DNA of 64,000 nucleotides from Rhodothermales bacterium (GTDB lineage Bacteria; Bacteroidota; Rhodothermia; Rhodothermales; JANQRZ01): contig CBDCBW010000010.1 in the NCBI GenBank assembly GCA_965214485.1, forward strand, positions 130,594 through 194,593, written 5' to 3'. Positions 17,749-26,461 of the stretch are shown one piece after another. A program made the translations under genes and the position numbers. The notes beneath the pieces are model-generated. The model made no database searches. It was not told the DNA's origin and saw only the letters and a list, made by a program, of their open reading frames with translations. Every line of letters begins with the position of its first letter. Position 1 is the stretch's first letter.

Positions 17749-18333
17749 TCAGGAAGGTAGGCGCGGCGGCATGTCTGGCGGCAGCGTGTCGGGCAGCGGC
17801 GTGCCGTCGATGGGGGTCAGCTCGTCGAAGGGCGTCACGAGGAGGTCGCCGTCGCGGACTTCGACGACGACGACGCGGGTGCCGCGCGGGATCGGCTCCC
17901 CGCCGAACGAGCCGGCGGTCTGGAAGGTGTTGCTCGCGCCCATCCTGACGAGGACCTCGCCGAAGCCCGTCGCGGGGATCGCGGTGATGACCTCGCCGAG
18001 CTTGCCGTGGTACTCCCGCATCGAGAAACCGGTCGAGTTCTCGCTCCGCTTCATCGGCTTGACGTAGACGAAGTGCATCGCTACGGCGAGCCCGAGGCCG
18101 ACGAGGGCCGCGAGGCCGGCGGTGGCCCCGGTGCCGAGGTCCGTCACCTCCTCGAGGAGCACCCCCGCGCCGCCGAAGACCGTCAGCCCGCCGACGAACG
18201 AGAGCGGATCGAGGAATTCGCCGAGCCCGTCGAACCCATCGAAGTCGAGGCTGTCGAGGAGATCGCCGAAGAGGAGCGTGAGGACGCTGAAGACGAGCCC
18301 TCCAAACAGACAGATCCAATACACGTCGGTCAT
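17749..18333 (-). CDS. NfeD/YqiJ-like membrane protein (flotillin partner)
   Basis: Start at the ATG at 18333 (MTDVYWICLFGGLVFSVLTLLFG). It has TM helices plus a C-terminal OB-fold-like segment (GKLGEVITAIPATGFGEVLV...GTRVVVVEV). It lies directly upstream of the flotillin gene, as in yqiJK/yuaF-floT. Confidence 0.6.
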   Translation of the reverse strand: MTDVYWICLFGGLVFSVLTLLFGDLLDSLDFDGFDGLGEFLDPLSFVGGLTVFGGAGVLLEEVTDLGTGATAGLAALVGLGLAVAMHFVYVKPMKRSENSTGFSMREYHGKLGEVITAIPATGFGEVLVRMGASNTFQTAGSFGGEPIPRGTRVVVVEVRDGDLLVTPFDELTPIDGTPLPDTLPPDMPPRLPS

Positions 18334-18629
18334 GGCGCGTCTCCCCGCAAATCGGTGGAAGATGATACAGCCGAGGCTACGGGAGCGCAAGGCGGGGGGT
18401 TACGCCGCGCGTTCGTAACGGCCTTCGCGGAGGCTTCACGACGGATCGCCGACGGGCTGCCAGGCCGTTGACATCCTGCGAGGACACTATGCCTCGTTCT
18501 GCGCCCGCCCACGGGATTCTACGAAGGACACACTTCTGTAGGAAAGAGCCCCGCCGATAACGTCACCGTCTGTGCTCCTCTGAGGAACGTATTCCTCTCG
18601 TTTTTGCCTCACCAACCCCATCCCACTCC

Positions 18630-18839
18630 ATGTACACCACCAAAGGCGTCGAAGCCATCGCGAGCATCACCGAGCTGCGCACCTACACCTCGGAGCTCGT
18701 GGAGCAGGCTAACAAGATCAAAAGCGGCGTGCTGATCCAAAAGAATAACGAACCCTACGCGGTGCTCCTCACCTACGATCTCTACAAGGAGCTGCTGGCG
18801 GCTCGCGACAAACTGAACGAGAAGGGCAAGGGCCGCTAG
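18630..18839 (+). CDS. Phd/YefM-family antitoxin-like protein (no adjacent toxin)
   Basis: 69 aa. IASITELRTYTSELVEQANKIKSGVLIQKNNEPYAVLLTYDLYKELL fits the Phd/YefM N-terminal fold pattern. Only 23 bp separate it from the convergent next gene. Confidence 0.55.
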   Translation: MYTTKGVEAIASITELRTYTSELVEQANKIKSGVLIQKNNEPYAVLLTYDLYKELLAARDKLNEKGKGR

Positions 18840-18862
18840 CCGGCCCCCGGCGGGGCGGCACC

Positions 18863-19420
18863 TCAAGGCCGGCCTCCTTCGCGCTCGTAGAACGGGTTCG
18901 TCTCCGGCGCGAGCTCGCCCCGGTACATCGCGCTCATGCGGACGTAGTGCGCCGCGTTGGCCCGGATCGTCTGGACCTCCTCCTCGGTGAGCGGGCGGAC
19001 GACCGTCGCCGGGCTGCCGAGCACGAGCGAGCGCGGCGGCACCACCGTGCGGCCCGTCACGAGCGCGCCGGCCCCGACGAGGCTGCCCGCGCCGACGACG
19101 GCCCCGTCGAGCACGACCGCCGCCATCCCGATCAGGCAGTCGGCCTCGACCGTGCAGCCGTGCACGACCGCGTTGTGCCCGACCGTCACGCCGGCCCCGA
19201 TCACGCAGGGGTGCGTCCCCCGGCTGACGTGGACGGTCGCGTTGTCCTGGACGTTCGAGCACGCGCCGATGCGGATGAAGTGCACGTCGCCGCGCAAGCT
19301 CGCGCCGTGCCACACGCTGGCCCCGAGCCCGAGCGTCACGTCGCCGATGACGGCAGCGGTGGGAGCGACGAAGTTGTCCCCTTCGAGCCGGGGGTGGGTG
19401 CCGAGGAAGGGTTCGGTCAT
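18863..19420 (-). CDS. Gamma-class carbonic anhydrase-like / hexapeptide-repeat protein (YrdA/PaaY family)
   Basis: 185 aa with left-handed beta-helix hexapeptide repeats and His ligand motifs (VWHGASLRGD, HV..G...IG..VTVGHNAVVHGC). Confidence 0.8.
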   Translation of the reverse strand: MTEPFLGTHPRLEGDNFVAPTAAVIGDVTLGLGASVWHGASLRGDVHFIRIGACSNVQDNATVHVSRGTHPCVIGAGVTVGHNAVVHGCTVEADCLIGMAAVVLDGAVVGAGSLVGAGALVTGRTVVPPRSLVLGSPATVVRPLTEEEVQTIRANAAHYVRMSAMYRGELAPETNPFYEREGGRP

Positions 19421-19479
19421 GGCCGGGCGGAATCACGGAGAGGGGCGGGGCGTTAGAACGAGACCTCGCCTCGTCCGTC

Positions 19480-19620
19480 ATGTCCGAAACCGTTCCCCCG
19501 CCCGAGCGCAAAGCTACGACGTGGCTCAGGCGTCTGGGCGCGGCCGGGTTTCTCTTCTTCCTCGTCAAGGGGCTGCTCTGGCTGAGCCTTCCGGCGCTCC
19601 TCGTCTGGCTCGGCTGCTGA
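19480..19620 (+). CDS. Small hydrophobic protein (46 aa), hypothetical
   Basis: ATG at 19480 to TGA at 19618-19620: MSETVPPPERKATTWLRRLGAAGFLFFLVKGLLWLSLPALLVWLGC. It has one clear TM helix. It is below the ORF-track size cutoff and was read directly from the sequence. Confidence 0.35.
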   Translation: MSETVPPPERKATTWLRRLGAAGFLFFLVKGLLWLSLPALLVWLGC

Positions 19621-19652
19621 CTCCTGCGCCCTCGTACGGCCCCTCTCCTCGC

Positions 19653-19931
19653 ATGGCCCACATCGACGTAGTCCGCGCTCACGCCCTCGGCCTCGCCGGA
19701 GCCCGCCGGGCCGCCGAGGAGGTTGCCGCCGAGCTTCGGGACGAGCTCCCGTTCCGCACGCACTGGGAGGGCGATACGCTCGTGGCCCGCGGCGCAGGCT
19801 TCGACGCGCAGTTCGTGGCCGACGACGAGGCGGTGCGCGTGCTGGTCAGGCTCGGCCTCGTGCTCCGCCCGATGCGCCGCAAGATTCACGGCGAGATCGA
19901 AGCCTACCTCGACCGCTACATTCCGGCCTGA
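19653..19931 (+). CDS. Polyhydroxyalkanoic-acid-system-like small protein (family assignment tentative)
   Basis: 92 aa from the ATG at 19653: MAHIDVVRAHALGLAGARRAAEEVAAELRDELPFRTHWEGDTLVARGAGFDAQFVADDEAVRVLVRLGLVLRPMRRKIHGEIEAYLDRYIP. This resembles the small 'PHA system protein' family recalled from memory. Confidence 0.45.
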   Translation: MAHIDVVRAHALGLAGARRAAEEVAAELRDELPFRTHWEGDTLVARGAGFDAQFVADDEAVRVLVRLGLVLRPMRRKIHGEIEAYLDRYIPA

Positions 19932-20014
19932 GTCCGCCCCATTCCGGTCTGAGTCTGCCCCGCGCTGCTCAGCCTCTCTTCTCTCCCTTCTCTCCTCCAT
20001 CCCCCACGTCTCCG

Positions 20015-20692
20015 ATGCGCTCTCACGTCCTCCGCTTTCTCTACAACCGCGCCGTCGGGGGCCTCCCGGTCCTCGGCACGCCTGCCGAAACGGCGGGCCG
20101 CTTTCTCTCCGGCCCCGGCACGCTCGCCGAGCGCGCCGAGGAGATGAGCAAAACCCACGTCATGCTCTGCGCGAGCACCGGCTTCGTGCTCGGGCTGCCG
20201 GGCTTCCTGATGCTGCCGATCACGCTGCCGACCAACCTCGCGGGCGTGGCCCTCGTTCAGCTCCACCTCGCCGCCGCCACGGCCTTCATGGGCGGCCACG
20301 ACCCGCACGACAAGGCGGTGCGCGAGCGCGCCGTGGCGTGCCTGCTCGGGCGGGGCACCGAGGAGCCGACCGAGGAGGACGAGGCCGTCGAGGTGATCGA
20401 CCGCTCGGCGGTGAAGCTGGCCGAGCGCGGGATCCGGTTCCTCGCCGAGGGCGCGGTCGGGCTGGCGACGCGGGCCGGGCGCTGGGGGGCGACGAAGGTG
20501 GTGACCCGGCAGCTTCCGCGCCGGAGCCTCCCGCTCGTCGGCGGCGTGCTCGGGGGGGCGTCGGACGCCTACAGCGCGGGCAAAGTCGCCGAGGCCGCGC
20601 GCCGGGCTTTTCTCGATGTCGAGCCGCCGCTCTCCCTCGTCGCCGAGATCGAGACGTCCGAGATCGAGGCGTCGGGCGACGGGGCCGGCTGA
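20015..20692 (+). CDS. EcsC-family protein
   Basis: 225 aa. The stretch THVMLCASTGFVLGLPGFLMLPITLPTNLAGVALVQLHLAAATAFMGGHD resembles the EcsC family core. Confidence 0.5.
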   Translation: MRSHVLRFLYNRAVGGLPVLGTPAETAGRFLSGPGTLAERAEEMSKTHVMLCASTGFVLGLPGFLMLPITLPTNLAGVALVQLHLAAATAFMGGHDPHDKAVRERAVACLLGRGTEEPTEEDEAVEVIDRSAVKLAERGIRFLAEGAVGLATRAGRWGATKVVTRQLPRRSLPLVGGVLGGASDAYSAGKVAEAARRAFLDVEPPLSLVAEIETSEIEASGDGAG

Positions 20693-20826
20693 GCGAGCGT
20701 CGGCGCTCTCTTTGGTGGGAGACCGGCGTATGTTCGCGGAGGGTGCTATTTTTAATCGGCAGTGGCAGCCCCGGGTTCAGTCCGCCGGGGAGTCTCCCGA
20801 TACCGCTGCCGACGCCCCGCCCCGCT

Positions 20827-22773
20827 ATGGCCGCATCCCCGCACCCCTTCGCGCAGCGCTCGGTGATCGAGCAGGCGCTCGTCAGCGTCTCGCACTTGCT
20901 GGTCTCCTCGAGCGAGGCCGACCTGCGCGAGGTGCTCCGCATTCTCGGCGAGGCGCTCGGCGCGGAGTGCGCTTACCTCGTCACCGTGCCCGACGAGAAC
21001 CACGCCCTGACCGAGGCCGCGACGCCGCTCGGCACGATGACTCGGTGGCACCGCGACGGGGCCTCGAGCGAGCAGTCCCTCTTCGACGGAGACCGCGACG
21101 CGAGCAGCCCGACGCTGCGGCTCCTCGCCAACGCGCAGCACCACCCGGGCCGAGACGTCCACGTCCAGACCGGCTCCGACGGGAGCGAGTCGGCGGGGGT
21201 TGCCATTCCGCTGCTCTCGAAGCAGGACCGGTTCGTCGGCTACCTCGGCATCGAGCACGCAGCGCTGCCGGACCAAGCCCTGCGCGAGCACGGCCGGGTG
21301 CTCTCCGTCTTCGGCGACCTCCTCTCGGGCTACCTCAGCCGCCGCGACGCCGAGCGGGCCCTCTCGGAGAGCGAGGAGCGCTGGCGCAAGTTCGTCGAGT
21401 TCAACCCCGAGCCGATCCTCATCACCACCGCCGACACGATCCTCTACGCCAACGAAGCCTGCATGCGCCTCCTCGGCATCGACGAGCCAGAGGCCCTCCA
21501 GGACTACGCGCTGCGCGACTTTCTCCCGGCCGACCAGGTCCACCTGATCGAGACGCAGCAGGCCATCGCCTCGGACCAGGCCCCCCTGGAGCACGACATC
21601 GTCCGGCTCGACGGCGAGGAGCGGGTCGTCGAGACCATCGCCGTGGCGGTGCGCTTCCAGGGCCTCGAGGCCGTGCAGATGGTGATGCGCGACCTCACCG
21701 ACCGCAAGCGCAGCCAGGAGCGCTACCGCACGTTCGTCCAGACGATCTCCGAGGGGGTCTGGCGCATCGACATCGCTAAGCCGGTCTCCGCCCTGGCCTT
21801 CCCCACGCTCCAGGCCGATCAGATGCTCGAGCACGGCTACCTCGCCGAGTGCAACACGATGATGACCCGGCTCCTCGGCGCTTCCCGCACCGAAGCCGTC
21901 GTCGGCAAGCCGCTCCGGACGCTGGTGCCGGCCCTCGGCAGGGGCATGGTCGAGACCTTCGTCGAGAACGGCTACCGGCTCCACAACCACGAGGTGTCGT
22001 TTCAAGGGGCAGGCCGGTCCCCGCGCCACTTCTCGCTCAACGCCGTCGGCCGGATCGAGCGGGGTGCGCTGGTCCGCATCTGGGGAAGCTGCGTCGAGGT
22101 CACCGAGCGCGTCGAGATGGAGCGCCGCATGGTGGCCGTGCTCGAGGAGCAGCAGGAGCGCATCGGGCGCGACCTGCACGACAGCGTGGGGCAGCTCCTG
22201 ACGGGGATCCGGATGCTGAGCGAGAACCTCGGGACGCGCCACTTCAGCCCTGGGGAGGAGGGCTACGCCGCCATGCAGAAGGTGACCACCTTCGCCGAGG
22301 ACGCCCTCCAGCGGGTGCGCGAAATCTGCCGGGGCCTGGTTCCGCCGCAGCTCTACCAGGAGGGCCTCGGGTCCGCGCTGCACGGGCTGTGCGCCACGCT
22401 CGATGTGCTCTCCGACGTCCGCTGCTCGTTCACCCAGCATGAAGAGACCGAGGTCGAGAGCTACGAGACGCAGCTCCAGCTCTACCGGATCGCGCAGGAG
22501 GCCGCCAACAACGCCCTCAAGCACGCCGAGCCGGAGCACATCTGGCTTCGCCTCACGCGCGAGAACGGGTTCGTCACCCTCGAAGTAGAGGACGACGGAC
22601 GAGGCTTCGAGGAGGAGCAGCACACCGGACGCTCCCTGGGGCTGTACAGCATGCGCCGCCGGGCGAGCAGCATCCGGGCTACGCTCGTCATCGACTCCGA
22701 GATCGAGGTTGGGACGCTGGTAAAGGTGGTGCTTCCGGCGAAGGAACCGGCGCAGGAGACGGCCGAGGTGTAG
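20827..22773 (+). CDS. Sensor histidine kinase (GAF-PAS-PAS-HisKA_3-HATPase), NarL-type partner
   Basis: Start at the ATG at 20827 (MAASPHPFAQRS). It has two PAS-like segments ending in MRDLTDRKRSQE, the H-box HDSVGQLLTGI, and the ATPase N-box IAQEAANNALKHA with DDGRGF. The 368 codons upstream in the track ORF overlap the EcsC gene out of frame. Confidence 0.8.
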   Translation: MAASPHPFAQRSVIEQALVSVSHLLVSSSEADLREVLRILGEALGAECAYLVTVPDENHALTEAATPLGTMTRWHRDGASSEQSLFDGDRDASSPTLRLLANAQHHPGRDVHVQTGSDGSESAGVAIPLLSKQDRFVGYLGIEHAALPDQALREHGRVLSVFGDLLSGYLSRRDAERALSESEERWRKFVEFNPEPILITTADTILYANEACMRLLGIDEPEALQDYALRDFLPADQVHLIETQQAIASDQAPLEHDIVRLDGEERVVETIAVAVRFQGLEAVQMVMRDLTDRKRSQERYRTFVQTISEGVWRIDIAKPVSALAFPTLQADQMLEHGYLAECNTMMTRLLGASRTEAVVGKPLRTLVPALGRGMVETFVENGYRLHNHEVSFQGAGRSPRHFSLNAVGRIERGALVRIWGSCVEVTERVEMERRMVAVLEEQQERIGRDLHDSVGQLLTGIRMLSENLGTRHFSPGEEGYAAMQKVTTFAEDALQRVREICRGLVPPQLYQEGLGSALHGLCATLDVLSDVRCSFTQHEETEVESYETQLQLYRIAQEAANNALKHAEPEHIWLRLTRENGFVTLEVEDDGRGFEEEQHTGRSLGLYSMRRRASSIRATLVIDSEIEVGTLVKVVLPAKEPAQETAEV

Positions 22774-22950
22774 TCCTATCCCGCTGTGCTCTATATTAAC
22801 GGCACGTTAGCGGCGCGCACCCGTGGTCTAGCGCTGTACGTCTCGCTTTGCTATAGCGGACGGGCACGGTTCTTGGCGGAGAGGCCCTCGAGCGGACTTC
22901 CTCCTTCCACCAACTAGGACCGTGCCCCGCCAGCGCCCCAAGATAACGGC

Positions 22951-23670
22951 ATGAACTCGAGCCCCTCTCCAGCCTCCCCGGACACTCCCGCCGCCTCGGC
23001 CCCGATCCGCGTCGTCGTCGTCGACGACCACCCGGCCATCCGCGAGGCCATCGCCGACACCATCCGCGCCCAGCCCGGACTCGAACTCTGCGGCGTCGCC
23101 GGCAGCGCCACCGACGCCTTCGACCTCGTGCGCGAGACCCAGCCCGACGTCGCCGTCATCGACATCTCGCTCGGCGACGCCCACGGCCTCGACCTGGTGC
23201 AGAACCTCCGCGCCCAGCACCGCTCGCTCGAGGTCGTCGTCTTCTCGATGTACGACGAGGAGGTCTACGCCGAGCGCGCCATCCGCGCCGGTGCCCGGGG
23301 CTACGTCATGAAGAGCGAGCCGACCCAGAGCGTCGCCGAGGCGATCCGGTGCGCGGCCTCGGGCGAGATCTACCTCAACCGCCGCGCCGCCAGCCGGATC
23401 CTGTCGAAGGTCGCCGCCGGGCACACCGGTGCCGGGCGCACCGGCGAGGCGGCGCCGGGGCTCGAGGACCTGACGGACCGGGAGATGGCGGTCTTCCAGA
23501 TGCTCGGGCAGGGTCGCCCGACCGAGGAGATCGCCGAGCGGCTGAACCTGAGCCGCAAGACGGTCGAGACCTACCGGCGGCGGGCGAAGGAGAAGCTGGG
23601 CTTCGAGACGGTGACCGAACTCCTCCAGTTCGCCATACGGTGGACCTACGCCCAGGGCAACGGCCCCTAG
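22951..23670 (+). CDS. NarL/LuxR-family response regulator, copy 1
   Basis: 239 aa with a REC domain (VVVVDDHPAIRE...DVAVIDISLGD...MKS) and a LuxR HTH (LTDREMAVFQMLGQGRPTEEIAERLNLSRKTVETYRRR). Confidence 0.85.
   Translation: MNSSPSPASPDTPAASAPIRVVVVDDHPAIREAIADTIRAQPGLELCGVAGSATDAFDLVRETQPDVAVIDISLGDAHGLDLVQNLRAQHRSLEVVVFSMYDEEVYAERAIRAGARGYVMKSEPTQSVAEAIRCAASGEIYLNRRAASRILSKVAAGHTGAGRTGEAAPGLEDLTDREMAVFQMLGQGRPTEEIAERLNLSRKTVETYRRRAKEKLGFETVTELLQFAIRWTYAQGNGP
23020..23643 (+). repeat. 624-bp block identical to 24370-24993
   Basis: Line-by-line comparison of the two regions shows no mismatch over the block (offset 1350 bp). It covers nearly the entire response-regulator coding sequence. Confidence 0.9.
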
Positions 23671-23731
23671 TGTCGCGGTCTCGCTCGTGCGCGGCCCCCC
23701 GGCCGTCAGCCCCTCGCTGTGCTCAACGGTC

Positions 23732-23781
23732 CGACGGCCCCTCCCCACAGCGTAGGGAGAAGTGTTTGGAGTGCCCGTTTG
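23732..23781. repeat. Dispersed intergenic element, copy C (second half only)
   Basis: cgacggcccctccccacagcgtagggagaagtgtttggagtgcccgtttg matches the second half of 13102-13195. It lies between the two response-regulator copies. Confidence 0.6.
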
Positions 23782-24303
23782 CTCGGAGCGGAGCGATGGC
23801 AGCGGAAGCGGGGGCCAGCCTGCGAGCAACGGTCTTCCGCTGTGGCAGTGCGGCGGGGCGGCTCTGCGGTCCTGGGCGTGAAGAACCCCTCGACTTCGGC
23901 CTACGGGACACGTCCTACGGCCCCCGCCCAGGATGACGGGACAAGGGGAGGCCATCGCGGCGCGCGGCTCCGTCTCCCGAGCCGGCACGCGGGCGAGGCG
24001 ACCGAGGCGCTTCCGACGCGATGACCGGTGAGTGTCCCGGAAAGGACCAGGGTGAGCTTGCCCCGGCACCGATCCCTCTTTTCGGCGCAGCGCGGGGGGT
24101 ACAGAAGCACTAGGCGGGATGCGCCCAAACTACCCCCTTGCATGTGCTAAAACTCAAGGGTTTCCTACCGCCCCAGCGGGTACTTTTAGATTGCCCTTCC
24201 TGCTGGTCCACGCCTCCGACCCTCTCCGCCTAACCGCCCCGGCTTCGTGTTCGCTTCCTTCTTCCCGGTCGCTGACCATGTGCCCCCCGAGGCCACCCGG
24301 ATC

Positions 24304-25029
24304 ATGCCCGTCCCTTCTCTCCATTCCGCCGCCACGGCCGCGAAGCGGGCCCCGATCCGCGTCATCGCCGTCGACGACCACCCGGCCATCCGCGAGGCCA
24401 TCGCCGACACCATCCGCGCCCAGCCCGGACTCGAACTCTGCGGCGTCGCCGGCAGCGCCACCGACGCCTTCGACCTCGTGCGCGAGACCCAGCCCGACGT
24501 CGCCGTCATCGACATCTCGCTCGGCGACGCCCACGGCCTCGACCTGGTGCAGAACCTCCGCGCCCAGCACCGCTCGCTCGAGGTCGTCGTCTTCTCGATG
24601 TACGACGAGGAGGTCTACGCCGAGCGCGCCATCCGCGCCGGTGCCCGGGGCTACGTCATGAAGAGCGAGCCGACCCAGAGCGTCGCCGAGGCGATCCGGT
24701 GCGCGGCCTCGGGCGAGATCTACCTCAACCGCCGCGCCGCCAGCCGGATCCTGTCGAAGGTCGCCGCCGGGCACACCGGTGCCGGGCGCACCGGCGAGGC
24801 GGCGCCGGGGCTCGAGGACCTGACGGACCGGGAGATGGCGGTCTTCCAGATGCTCGGGCAGGGTCGCCCGACCGAGGAGATCGCCGAGCGGCTGAACCTG
24901 AGCCGCAAGACGGTCGAGACCTACCGGCGGCGGGCGAAGGAGAAGCTGGGCTTCGAGACGGTGACCGAACTCCTCCAGTTCGCCATACGGTGGGAGCAGA
25001 GCCAGACCAGCCCGCGCTCGGACTCGTAG
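24304..25029 (+). CDS. NarL/LuxR-family response regulator, copy 2
   Basis: Identical to copy 1 except for the N-terminal about 25 aa and the last about 12 aa. Start chosen at the ATG at 24304 (MPVPSLHSAATAAKRAPIRVIAVDDH); the track ORF begins at the GTG at 24247. Confidence 0.8.
   Translation: MPVPSLHSAATAAKRAPIRVIAVDDHPAIREAIADTIRAQPGLELCGVAGSATDAFDLVRETQPDVAVIDISLGDAHGLDLVQNLRAQHRSLEVVVFSMYDEEVYAERAIRAGARGYVMKSEPTQSVAEAIRCAASGEIYLNRRAASRILSKVAAGHTGAGRTGEAAPGLEDLTDREMAVFQMLGQGRPTEEIAERLNLSRKTVETYRRRAKEKLGFETVTELLQFAIRWEQSQTSPRSDS
24370..24993 (+). repeat. Second copy of the 624-bp identical block
   Basis: See 23020-23643. Confidence 0.9.
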
Positions 25030-25103
25030 TCCGGCCAAGACTCGCCGTGCCGCAGAGCCGGCGCAGAGCCGGCGCGGAGCCTGTGCACCGCCGGGGCTCC
25101 GGG

Positions 25104-26231
25104 CTAGTCGGTCTCGGGGAGGTAGAGCTCTGCCGTCCGGCGCGCGGCGGAGTAGGCCCCGTACCGCAGCCCGCCTGCGACGCCGTCCTGCGCCAGCACG
25201 TTGAGCCGCACCCGGTCCCAGTACGGCTCGACCTTCATGTGAGCCTGTTTCGGAAGCCGCTCCAGCAGGTCGTGCCCCAGCGTTCTCACGCGGTGGTCGC
25301 GGCGGATGTCGTCCCGGACGTGCTTCGGCAGCGGAGCCGCCAGGAGGTCAGCGGCGAGCAACAGGCCGAGCCGGAGGATGCGGCGGCTGCGCATCGCGCC
25401 CATCCGGTCGTAGACGGCGTGCCAGTCCAGGCCGGGGTAGGCGCGGACGAGCTCGGCGACGTCGCAGATGTACTTGAACCGGTCCCACCGATTCTTCAGG
25501 CCGTGGTAGCACAGCACCTGGAGGAGGTCCTCCGTGCCCAGCGTGCGCACGTCGCGCCCGGCGATGGGCACCGTCACCGAGCGCGCGAGGAGGGCGTCGA
25601 AGCTCTCCGAGTACCGGTAGCCCGGCGGCATTATGGCCGTGTGCACGTCGATGAAAGCCTGCGCTTCGCCGAGGCTGTGGATGCGCCGCCAGAACGTGTA
25701 TTGGCCGTTGAGGTAGAGATAGCTCGCCTTCCGAAACGGGGTCAGCGGCTTGGACCCGTAGCCTTCGCGGGCCAGCATCCGGTCGAGCCGGTCGAAGTCC
25801 TCGCGCCGGACGACCAGGTCGATGTCGACGAACGGGCGGGCGGCGATGCCTCCGTAGACGCTCTGCGCAAGCACGGCCCCTTTGACGGCGAGCGTCGGGA
25901 AGGCCTCGCGCTCGAACACCTCGGACAGGCGCCCGAGCTCCTGCATCAGGATGAGGCTGTGGGCCGAGCGCGCCCCGACGACCCCGCGCAGCCACGTCAT
26001 GTGCGGCTCCGAGAGGAGGGCGTCGTCCATCTCGCGCAGGTGGCAGTAGAGGAGCGGCTGCACGCCGTGGTAGCCGGCCAGCGTGACGAGGTAGCCCCAC
26101 TGCAGATCGTCGTCGCGGAGGTGGTGCGCGACCTGTTCGGCATGGGACGGCTCGAGCTCCGTCCGGCAGCAGAGCCGCATGATGTTGTATTCGGGGCGGG
26201 AGCCGGCCTCGTCGGGGTGAATCGTAGCCAT
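25104..26231 (-). CDS. Uncharacterised nucleotidyltransferase family protein (NTP_transf_5-like)
   Basis: Start at the ATG at 26231 (MATIHPDEAGS...). The protein has PFVDIDLVVRREDFDRLDRMLAREGY and the overall helical N-domain typical of the PF14907-type family that often accompanies lasso-peptide/HPr-kinase-like clusters. Confidence 0.6.
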   Translation of the reverse strand: MATIHPDEAGSRPEYNIMRLCCRTELEPSHAEQVAHHLRDDDLQWGYLVTLAGYHGVQPLLYCHLREMDDALLSEPHMTWLRGVVGARSAHSLILMQELGRLSEVFEREAFPTLAVKGAVLAQSVYGGIAARPFVDIDLVVRREDFDRLDRMLAREGYGSKPLTPFRKASYLYLNGQYTFWRRIHSLGEAQAFIDVHTAIMPPGYRYSESFDALLARSVTVPIAGRDVRTLGTEDLLQVLCYHGLKNRWDRFKYICDVAELVRAYPGLDWHAVYDRMGAMRSRRILRLGLLLAADLLAAPLPKHVRDDIRRDHRVRTLGHDLLERLPKQAHMKVEPYWDRVRLNVLAQDGVAGGLRYGAYSAARRTAELYLPETD

Positions 26232-26240
26232 CAATCTCTC

Positions 26241-26292
26241 GTCATCAGAAGGGTGCCTCTTGTCCTCGGACCTCGTGTCATCAGAAGGGTGC
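26241..26292 (-). promoter_or_regulatory. Two 16-bp direct repeats in the promoter/5' region of the nucleotidyltransferase gene
   Basis: gtcatcagaagggtgc occurs at 26241-26256 and 26277-26292 (36-bp spacing). An AT-rich stretch follows, with TTGACG on the minus strand (attattgacgtgc) just upstream. Confidence 0.45.
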
Positions 26293-26461
26293 ACGTCAAT
26301 AATTCAGAACACACCGGTAGGCCTGACCGGGGCACAGCCGCCGCCGGAGGCATCGCGCGGCGAGCAGAGAGGCTGAGCGCGAGAAGGGGGTTCCGGCAGC
26401 GGGCGTCGGGGCAGTAAGATATCGCATGTTGTCCAACTTGCCTAAGGCTCCGCCAGCGCGC

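Noticed and set aside
16185-18333. Flotillin + NfeD pair considered as a candidate novel system
   Set aside because: This is a widespread, well-known two-gene membrane-microdomain operon (yqiJK/yuaF-floT type). Nothing unusual was seen.
19723-20826. N-terminal 368 codons of the 1016-aa track ORF (would give a giant histidine kinase)
   Set aside because: This part overlaps the PHA-like and EcsC-like genes out of frame and is R/P/G-rich. A clean ATG at 20827 begins the GAF/PAS sensor region.
25030-25103. Short direct repeat gcagagccggc x2 and a small GGAGCC/GGCTCC hairpin between convergent genes
   Set aside because: The stem is too short and too weak (6 bp, no U-tract) to call a terminator or repeat element with any confidence.
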